This document shows positions 56,082 to 63,500 of a stretch of DNA of 64,000 nucleotides, piece by piece (position 1 is the stretch's first letter; every line of letters begins with the position of its first letter). The stretch spans positions 407 through 64,406 of IMG/VR virus record IMGVR_UViG_3300034104_004892; one strand, given 5' to 3'. The notes below the pieces were generated by a model. That model saw nothing but the letters and a program-made list of their open reading frames with translations. It ran no database searches and was not told the DNA's origin. The DNA is from a virus. Lineage: Duplodnaviria > Caudoviricetes. A program made the translations under genes and the position numbers.

Positions 56082-56140
56082 CTGACGGCCATCGTCAGGC
56101 AGGGCACACACCCTACGACGCCCCGAAGGGCGTTTCGGCC
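56082..56140 (-). ncRNA. Type II hammerhead ribozyme (copy A)
   Basis: GGCC-GAAAC-GCCC-UUCG-GGGC-GUC^GUAGGGU-GUGU-GCCCUGC-CUGACGA-U-GGCC; predicted cut 56117/56116. Confidence 0.85.
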
Positions 56141-56144
56141 TTTG

Positions 56145-56399
56145 TTAGGCTTGAGCGGCTTTGGCGTAACCAATGCGCTCTGCCAAGCTCAACAATTCAA
56201 GCTCTTCTAACGCAGCTCGTTTGTCGGCATCTTTGCGATCAAAAATAAGATCGAGAATGAGATCAGAATCGTTAGCTTCGTAAGCCGCTTTTAGATCAGC
56301 TTTAACCTTTGCCAGAGCTGTTTTTGCGGCTGTGACTCGGGTGAACTGGTTAACATAACGGGCGGCAAGTTCTTTAGCAGAAGGAATGTGCGTGTTCAT
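56145..56399 (-). CDS. First early gene, helical protein
   Basis: 84-aa ORF with an AATCGATCCA leader. Confidence 0.7.
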   Translation of the reverse strand: MNTHIPSAKELAARYVNQFTRVTAAKTALAKVKADLKAAYEANDSDLILDLIFDRKDADKRAALEELELLSLAERIGYAKAAQA

Positions 56400-56448
56400 T
56401 GGATCGATTGATTTGGTTTCGTTGGCCGCTCATCGACCAACTGCCGTC

Positions 56449-56477
56449 AATATGACCTGCCCACGCCCCGACCGCAA
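56449..56477 (-). promoter_or_regulatory. Putative early promoter
   Basis: TTGCGG-17 nt-CATATT with an upstream A-rich tract and a downstream hairpin GTTGGTCG/CGGCCAAC. Confidence 0.5.
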
Positions 56478-56485
56478 CTAAATTT

Positions 56486-56701
56486 TCATTTATTTTTACG
56501 ACTGTTTGTAAAACCCTGGGAATGAGCAGAATAAGTGTAGGTAATTTTCCCGTTTTTTTGCCGAATTGGCTTACCGGAGACGCTTCCAAACCCGGAGATG
56601 AGGTCAAAATTCTTCCTGAATTTCGCCCGGTCGATCGGACGCTCCTCCGGGCCTTTTCCGGCACCGTGACTAAATTGGTTGCTCGGAATGTGTTGTGCCA
56701 T
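56486..56701 (-). CDS. Small basic protein
   Basis: GAGKG..RP....F..NFD.I motif. Confidence 0.65.
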   Translation of the reverse strand: MAQHIPSNQFSHGAGKGPEERPIDRAKFRKNFDLISGFGSVSGKPIRQKNGKITYTYSAHSQGFTNSRKNK

Positions 56702-56888
56702 ATGGATTTATGTTGAAGGTAGCGTTTTTCTCGACGCGAACCTGATCTGTTCTGAAGTGCCGAACCTTCCCGGTTTCCAAAACCACAGTCCAAACGTCGT
56801 TAGCAAAAGTGCCTGAGTTTGAGGCGTATATAGCCATGCCCCGCCCTAAGTCGGTTAAAACCGGAACAGGTTTTGCAAACTCAAGCAT
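56670..56888 (-). CDS. Small conserved phage protein
   Basis: MLEFAKPVPVLTDLGRG..NDVWTVVL..N.TF. Confidence 0.7.
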   Translation of the reverse strand: MLEFAKPVPVLTDLGRGMAIYASNSGTFANDVWTVVLETGKVRHFRTDQVRVEKNATFNINPYGTTHSEQPI

Positions 56889-57042
56889 GCGAACATTTTT
56901 TGCATGGCAGCCCTTTTTTAAGGCCGCCAATTTTTGAATTCAGCCGCTTTTTAGTTTTCGGGTGAAGGCGGCTGTTTTGCAGTTCCTGTTGCGCTTCAGT
57001 AATCTGAATATGCCGCTGAAGATGAGGGTTTTTTGACTTCAT
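56881..57042 (-). CDS. 53-aa basic protein
   Basis: Hand translation MKSKNPHLQRH...CKKCSHA; tiles the gap. Confidence 0.5.
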   Translation of the reverse strand: MKSKNPHLQRHIQITEAQQELQNSRLHPKTKKRLNSKIGGLKKGLPCKKCSHA

Positions 57043-57206
57043 TGGTCTTTTTTCCGGGTTGAAAGCATATGCCGCCGAATGATGTCGTTCCGGCGGGGAC
57101 GGCCTTTCATATCGGCTCGAGGAGCAGCATGCTCTCTCGGCGCGAGAGCTTGTTCAGCGCCCTTAATTGTAGTTTCTGCCCGGATAAATTTAATTTTGGA
57201 TTTCAC
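57039..57206 (-). CDS. 55-aa basic protein
   Basis: GTGA/ATGA overlaps with both neighbours. Confidence 0.45.
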   Translation of the reverse strand: MKSKIKFIRAETTIKGAEQALAPREHAAPRADMKGRPRRNDIIRRHMLSTRKKDQ

Positions 57207-57406
57207 GGCACAGCAACGTGATCTGAAGGTTGCGCCCCCACATCAGGCTTCGCGGCATCAGCTCGCAGCAGATCTAATAGCGTGGAGGCAACGGACATGC
57301 GCACAGCAAATTGCCGGGACTGCTCAACGATATCCAGCAGCACTTCGTCTTCTGTCACTTTCGACAGATCGACATTCCGAAGCGCCTCAATCACGGGATT
57401 ATCCAT
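57203..57406 (-). CDS. Hypothetical protein
   Basis: Start MDNPVIEAL. Confidence 0.55.
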   Translation of the reverse strand: MDNPVIEALRNVDLSKVTEDEVLLDIVEQSRQFAVRMSVASTLLDLLRADAAKPDVGAQPSDHVAVP

Positions 57407-57650
57407 TGCGTTGACGTTTCGGCATGCGTTTGCCGGGTTTCCCAAATATCATTTTCTTATTGCTCTCCATTAGCGACTTAGGCATGGAGGCCTTTGCTGT
57501 AGACGGCGCGGATCCCGCCTTTTTTGCGGATTTTGCGGATTTTGCAGGCGCTGCTTTTGGCGCTTTTGCTGACCGGGCGGCGTCTAAACCGACCTTAATT
57601 TCGGGCGAGCTGAACTTCAACGTCGCCCCGGAGCTTGTTTGAGGTTTCAT
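57399..57650 (-). CDS. Lys/Ala-rich basic protein
   Basis: 83-aa histone-like composition. Confidence 0.6.
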   Translation of the reverse strand: MKPQTSSGATLKFSSPEIKVGLDAARSAKAPKAAPAKSAKSAKKAGSAPSTAKASMPKSLMESNKKMIFGKPGKRMPKRQRNG

Positions 57651-57877
57651 CGGAAAATTTCGTCGTAGAATTCGTCTGCAATGTCGAACGCATCAGGAAC
57701 AGCCTGAGAGGGATTGACAAAGTATTTTGGGTTTGAGAGCAGCGCATGAAGAATGATCATCGCACTCATTTCGCGAATGCCGATTCCTGTGTTGCCTTTC
57801 ACCGGGGGGTTTTGTTCGTCTCCTCGGTAAGGGGCAACAGGAAAGACAGGGTAATTTTTAGGGATAAATCCAGCCAT
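57647..57877 (-). CDS. Conserved small phage protein
   Basis: PVFPV..GIGIRE..A..IADE pattern. Confidence 0.7.
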   Translation of the reverse strand: MAGFIPKNYPVFPVAPYRGDEQNPPVKGNTGIGIREMSAMIILHALLSNPKYFVNPSQAVPDAFDIADEFYDEIFR

Positions 57878-57885
57878 AATATCGA

Positions 57886-58602
57886 TTAGAATGTTCGAGT
57901 TTCCCACAGTTTGCGTGCGTCCGCAACACCTATCACCTTTTTGCCGATGCGCTCGTTAACAGCATTATGCAAATGCACGCCCCACGCAAAAAACGATCCA
58001 AAATCAGGCGGGTTTAATGCGACGTACTCTTTCAGATGCGCCTCGCACGGACAGCCATCAAACGGGAGCGCGGCAATCCATGCATCGAGCCAGTATCGCA
58101 AATCGCCAAATGGCAGACAGGTCTCGTCAGCCCGCAGGCTGTAGAGGTGCAATTCAGACCAGTACCGGGCTCCATGCATTAAAATTTTACTCTTCTGCAA
58201 TTCGCCGCGCTGCTCGATTCGCTCAACCTCGTTGCCAGCGTCCATCACCCATTTGTCGTGTGTTGCCCAATCCGTGGATGTGGCGATGGCGGCTTCGCGC
58301 TCTAGCGCCATTGCAACCACGTGTTGTCGGTGGTACGGCGCCCGGGGATCGTCTCCGGGCTCGTCGAGTTTCGGGTTCTCGACGTCAAACCGGGTGACCT
58401 GCTCGTCGGTCACTCCGTCGCGTTTGCAAAGGTACGCCTCGATCATCTCGTGGATGGCCACCAACAGCACGGAAACGTCACGGCCGCCGTATTCCGGCAC
58501 CTTGAGCATCAAAGCGCCGTCTGGCAGCCATTCCCAGTCCCCGGCGGTGGGGTATCGCATTGCGGCAGGGTCGACAGTCTTAATCTCCACTCTCATTCTC
58601 AA
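57886..58602 (-). CDS. Fusion of a zincin-like HExxE domain and an Erv1/Alr-like sulfhydryl oxidase
   Basis: N-half: RYPTAGDW, AIHEMIEAYLC, HRQHVVAMALE. C-half: WSELH..LPFDGCPCEAH..FFAWGVHLHNAVNERIGK. Confidence 0.75.
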   Translation of the reverse strand: MRMRVEIKTVDPAAMRYPTAGDWEWLPDGALMLKVPEYGGRDVSVLLVAIHEMIEAYLCKRDGVTDEQVTRFDVENPKLDEPGDDPRAPYHRQHVVAMALEREAAIATSTDWATHDKWVMDAGNEVERIEQRGELQKSKILMHGARYWSELHLYSLRADETCLPFGDLRYWLDAWIAALPFDGCPCEAHLKEYVALNPPDFGSFFAWGVHLHNAVNERIGKKVIGVADARKLWETRTF

Positions 58603-59860
58603 AAGTCGATAAACCGATTTCTTTCATCTTCTCAATCTGCTCGCGCACCTTCTCAATCGCGCTGCTCTTTGGTTCGAGGTAATACCCATCAATCTGCTCC
58701 GCGTTTTCAAGCGCATGCTCGAAAGCACCCTCCAGCGTGTCTCCGAGGCCGATTACGGCGCCGATCTCCGGCAGCCCGCACGATTGCGGCACCACGAAGT
58801 AGCCACGGTCGTCCTTGTAAATATTGCGGAGCTTTACGAAGTCCCGGATCTCTTCCGGGAAGTCGAGCGGCTGCCAGTTCTTGTCGGCAAAGCTCGAGTG
58901 CAGCATAATTTCCGCGCCGTACTTTGCAACAGGCTCGGGATCTATCACCTCTCCGTTTGCCCCGGCCCAAATACACTCGGCGAGGTTTTTGTACTGTTCT
59001 TGGTACAGCTCGTTTGGAGGCGAGGGCGCCCGGGCGCAAAAGTCGATCATGTAGGGCTCGTGGTCGGCCCCAATTCGGATCTCGGATGAGAAAAATCCAC
59101 GGTATCCATACGCCTCGAAGACAGGCACCATCCGGTCATTGAACCGTCGCAGCGGCTCCGGAATTTCGTCGTAGCGTTTGAATACGCTGGCAAACCCAGC
59201 GTCCTTCACTTCAATCCCGGAGATAAGCGTTTGAGGGAACTTTCCATCAATCGTCCATGCGTCTGTTCCGAACTCAATTTTGTTATCCAACGCGGCCTCA
59301 ACGGTGAATTCGATCAGCTCCTTAAATCGGCCGAGACTCCACTCAACCTCGTCGAGCTTGGGCTCAACAAGATTGTAGTTTTTCGAGTGAAACGTCTCGA
59401 AGGTTCCACGGAACTTGTCCGTCTTGACGTAGACGTTTTCGTGGTCGCGTAAAAACTCCCGCAATTCGCTCATGCCTTTGATGTGCCAATATTGACCAAC
59501 AGGCAAATCAAGAGCCCTTAAGATTTCTTTCATGCCCCTGCGGTTAAGCTCGAGACACTCTCCGGCCCGCGAGCCCCAAACGGTCTTCCCGTCCTTCAGC
59601 AGGTGCATCTGCTCGGGGCCGTAGTAAATGTCCGGGAAACAAAACAAATCGATCTCATCGTAGTGCGATCCAAAAATTGAATCCACCAGATGTAGGCCAT
59701 CAATCCCGTGTCCAATGCGGGCTTGATTCATGCGCGGAAAAGCATCCTGCCAAGCGACGTAGTAATACACCTTCTTGAACGTCCGGGCCAATTTGATGGC
59801 CAACTCGCAAAACAGCCCGTTGTCTACAACAAGGCACACTACGTCTTTTGGATCCTTCAT
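58580..59860 (-). CDS. ATP-grasp ligase, PurD (phosphoribosylamine-glycine ligase)-like
   Basis: VWGS..LELNR..K, VYVK, GYRGFFSSEIR..YMIDFCAR..P, GLGDTLEGA. Confidence 0.8.
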   Translation of the reverse strand: MKDPKDVVCLVVDNGLFCELAIKLARTFKKVYYYVAWQDAFPRMNQARIGHGIDGLHLVDSIFGSHYDEIDLFCFPDIYYGPEQMHLLKDGKTVWGSRAGECLELNRRGMKEILRALDLPVGQYWHIKGMSELREFLRDHENVYVKTDKFRGTFETFHSKNYNLVEPKLDEVEWSLGRFKELIEFTVEAALDNKIEFGTDAWTIDGKFPQTLISGIEVKDAGFASVFKRYDEIPEPLRRFNDRMVPVFEAYGYRGFFSSEIRIGADHEPYMIDFCARAPSPPNELYQEQYKNLAECIWAGANGEVIDPEPVAKYGAEIMLHSSFADKNWQPLDFPEEIRDFVKLRNIYKDDRGYFVVPQSCGLPEIGAVIGLGDTLEGAFEHALENAEQIDGYYLEPKSSAIEKVREQIEKMKEIGLSTFENESGD

Positions 59861-60012
59861 TTCTTTTTGGGTGGCTTTGCGGTCTTGGCGCTCTGCTTGA
59901 ATGCCTTTGCGGTTGGAGCCCCCTTAGTTCCCGGCTTCCGCATTTTCTCGCCGCTCCCGGCGGCAATGCGTTTCCGCTTGGCGTTGATGTTTGCGTAGAG
60001 TCCGTCTTTCAT
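59857..60012 (-). CDS. 51-aa basic conserved phage protein
   Basis: MKDGLYANINAKRKRIAAGSGEKMRKPGTKGAPTAKAFKQSAKTAK; ATGA overlaps on both sides. Confidence 0.75.
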   Translation of the reverse strand: MKDGLYANINAKRKRIAAGSGEKMRKPGTKGAPTAKAFKQSAKTAKPPKKK

Positions 60013-60278
60013 TTGCAGTTCCACCGTTTGAGGCTGGCGGCCTTTCTTGTGGGGCGTCCCTTCTCGTCCTTCATCGGCCCGGGCATGCCGCTCATCCTTG
60101 CGCAGAACGATTTTTTGCGGGCGGCGTCTTTTTTGGTTTTTGGGTTAGGCGCGGGCGCTTTCAAGTTCGAGCCTGTGGCCTTGTTATATTTTGCGCGGCC
60201 CTTGGCCGTGAGGCCAGCGCCCTGACTTACGGGCAATTTGTCGCCCTTTGATACGGACAGTTTGACTGATTTTGGCAT
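60009..60278 (-). CDS. DUF6321-like basic protein
   Basis: GLTAKGRAKYN..GSNLKAP..RKKSFCARM..LKRWNC. Confidence 0.8.
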   Translation of the reverse strand: MPKSVKLSVSKGDKLPVSQGAGLTAKGRAKYNKATGSNLKAPAPNPKTKKDAARKKSFCARMSGMPGPMKDEKGRPTRKAASLKRWNCK

Positions 60279-60279
60279 A

Positions 60280-60504
60280 TTATTCGTCGTTGGTGATTTC
60301 TTCTTTTGCTTGTCCAGCAGCGATACCCAGCGTCAACAAAGAGCCAGTAGAACCGAGGTCATTCAAAAGGCCAAAGCCTTCCGAAGGAACCTCAAGCCCT
60401 ATGTCTCGGAACAGTTGACGAATCTGTTCATCTTGGTCTTTGATTACGTCTGGATTCAGTGGGGCTGCTTGATGTGTTGGATTTGTTTTATTCATCGGAT
60501 TCAT
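60280..60504 (-). CDS. Small acidic protein overlapping the end of the polyvalent gene
   Basis: 74-aa ORF with a 17-nt overlap. Confidence 0.55.
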   Translation of the reverse strand: MNPMNKTNPTHQAAPLNPDVIKDQDEQIRQLFRDIGLEVPSEGFGLLNDLGSTGSLLTLGIAAGQAKEEITNDE

Positions 60505-63500
60505 CGGATTCTTCCTTGCCCGGCTTTGCGTAGCCGTACTCTATCATCAGTTCTTTGTAGCGATCTTTGGATATTTCGTCCCGAAGCACTGCTGCCAGTA
60601 GCTCGGACTTCAACTCAGTATGAGCCTGAGTTTGTTTTGTTGCACTAGCAATTTGAGGAGCATTGGCTTTTGCTTTTTTGATCTGCGCCTTTGTTCTGAT
60701 TGGATATTGCTCAATTGCAGCATTTAACGAATCTGCTCGTCCGCGCCATAGCGTTTCAAAATTAACAGTCTGCGGGAAAGGGGCTGCGCTCGGAGTTGCA
60801 GACAACCTGCTTGCGATGTGGTCGTAAATTGCTTTAGCAAAAGGAGATGTGGTTGTTTTTGATGGATCTTGACCTCTGTAAAAAGTGTCAATTATTGCCT
60901 TTTCAACTGCCATTTTTGGAATGCTGTACTTTGACGTAAGTGCCTGTAGCTGTTGTTGATTTAAAGAAATAGCAGCTTTAAAATCACCTTCATAAAATTG
61001 GTTTCCGACAGCAAGTCCGGCTTCTGTTTCAGTGAAGCCTGTCAGGAACGGATTGCCGTTTGCATCAGTCAGCTTTGCGGCCTCCAAGAAAAAGTTGTTT
61101 CTGTCGCCCGGAGACAGATGAGTTGTGTCAAAAGTCAAAACTAAGTTTTTGACTTTTTGAACATCATTCAACTCTCGAACGCTTGGTTTTCTGATAATGT
61201 TTCCACCATCTTGATCTAGCGCACGGGACAGCGACTCGAGCACCTGATACGTCCGCGCCGGATCCCCTCGCAGCACAATACGCATGTTTGGAGCAATGTT
61301 GAGTTGATTAGCTTCCGTGTACCCTCCTTCGCCGACGGCGACTCTGTCTGCCGTAACTTTCAAACCGTACTTATCGGCAAGCGTGTTAATTACGTTGTGA
61401 AGCCCGTCTGCAACTGAGTCAGTCAAAGTTTTTGCTGCGTTTACGTCTCCCGCTGCTTGCAAGTCTGCAATTCTTTGTTGGATGCGTTTTGCTTCGACGG
61501 AAGTTCCGCTCGATACGACTTCAAGCGGCATCACTTGCCGCGCCATCTCGCCGTACGTTCGATCCATTGCGCCTAGCACGTTTCTTCCAAGGTGACTCCG
61601 CGCTGCGGTAGGTATGCCTCGCAGGGCCATAATCTCGTCCATGAACGGATCAAAGGACGCTTTAAACAGGCTCAGGTCGTTGTTTCGTTTAATCGGATTG
61701 TCGAGTTTTTCAAGCGCCCATAAAATCTCCTGAGCGTTTCGAGCTTTGAGCTTTTCTTTACCAAACATTTTTGCAAACCCAAGCTCGTTCAGGCGGTCAG
61801 CCAGCATGCCGTCGATTGCTTGCTGCGCATCATATAGCGGGCCACCGCCGCCGGGACTAAGCCCTGCCTCTGTAGCTTTGGTGTAGTACGAAAATGGAGT
61901 CGTATCCGGGAATGGCTGTTTTTTACGCGCTTCCCAAGACACTTCATCCCATGCCGCATTTCCGTCAATTTTTAAGGCTCTAGCCTGTTGGTAACGCAAA
62001 TCTTGCGGCCCGGAAATATTCAGTTCTTTCAACACTTTCTGCCATTGAGGAGTGGCCAGTGAGGATTTCTTTTCAAACTTGTCTTGCGACCACTGGAACG
62101 GTTCAGTCTTTTTGTTCCGCTCACTCATCGTCATTAGGTATCCCGGCCACGCCTCGCCTTTCGCCGCCATGTCCCACATGTCAACGGTTGCCTTGCCGTC
62201 TAAAAGCCTCTGCACTTCTTTGATTCCAGCGTCGCTTAATTCTGTTTGAGATGGCTCAAATACGCGCATGGATTTCCCGGCGCGAAGCATGAGTTCCTTC
62301 ACGGCGGCAGCGTCACCTTCTTTTTGCGCCAGCTCAATCAACTCAGCGAGGCCGTTCAAATAAAACGATCTTACCTTGTCCTGCACGCCCGGCAGACTCA
62401 AATCAAAGTGCTCTCCACGCTTCCACGCTTTTTGTGTCGTTGCGGCCCCTATCGCCTGTTCACCCATTCCGATTTTAAATCCGGCCGCAAAGTCGCTTGC
62501 AGATCCAGCGACGGACGAGCCCGATTTTGTGGCATTGGCAGCCACTGCGCTCTTTGGAGATCCCAGCGCCAAGAAACGCATATTCAGCTCGGCAGACAGC
62601 CATTTTTCCATGCCGGAAACATCAGGCTTAATTGCGTCTGCCAGCTTCAACGCAGAGTCAGCCATGTCCGAGTAGAAAGAGGCCGCCTCCAACGCAAACT
62701 GAGGATCTCGAGATGCCACGTTGGTTAGCCGAGTGACCAGACCGTTAAGCAAAGTCTGCACGTCTTTAAATGATTTCGGCATTCCAACGATGTTGGCGTT
62801 TACGAGCCCGTAGCGCGGCGGCAAGGTGACGGAGTCGGCGTTTGGATTAACAGGGTATGGAAGCGTGTCTGCATCGACCTGTTTGGCCTTTTTGTCGGCA
62901 AGTGCATCGAGCTTTCTCATCTCCTCTTCGGAAGTGAGAGATTTTTTGGCGTTCAGGCTAAACTGAACTCCAGACAAGGCATCTTTAGAGAGCAGGCGTT
63001 CTTTTTCTTTAGGATCCATCTGGATGCCCTCCAGCACCCCGGGCGAACCTTCATTGGTAAGGCTGAACCGAACGTCGCCAGTGCCCGAGTTGAACCGTTC
63101 TGAAAGCGGAATCAGATTGCCTTCGTTGTCGTACGTGAACGGATCAGCGGATTTAATTTGAGACGGGTCAAACACAACTGCGACCTCAATATCTCCCCTT
63201 TCCGCTGCTGCTTTTCCTCCGTGCGCACCAATCACACCATCATATCCCTGCTCTCGTAATTGTCTGTCGTAATATTCCCACCCTTGAGCATCCGTTATGC
63301 GATCTGGAATCCACGGATTCTCCATTTTTAAATACACATCGTAAACAGCGCCAGAATCAGGAGACGACGATGACCTCCAACCGTATGCGTAGTTTTCTGC
63401 TTTTTGTTTATCAGAGGTAAAATATGTTTCGTCCGCTTTTTCAAAAACGTACGCATTGCCTTTGAGGTAATCATTTTCAACACCTCGATACATTTTGTAT

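Noticed and set aside
49905-56140. Dispersed CGCCC(C)GAAGG(G)CGTTTCGGCC repeats as CRISPR repeats or terminators
   Set aside because: Not regularly spaced and no U-tract; fully explained by the hammerhead consensus
58580-59860. Bona fide purD auxiliary metabolic gene
   Set aside because: Lacks the canonical GxGGREH N-terminal and LAAGKGV motifs, and there is no purine pathway context, so no symbol was assigned
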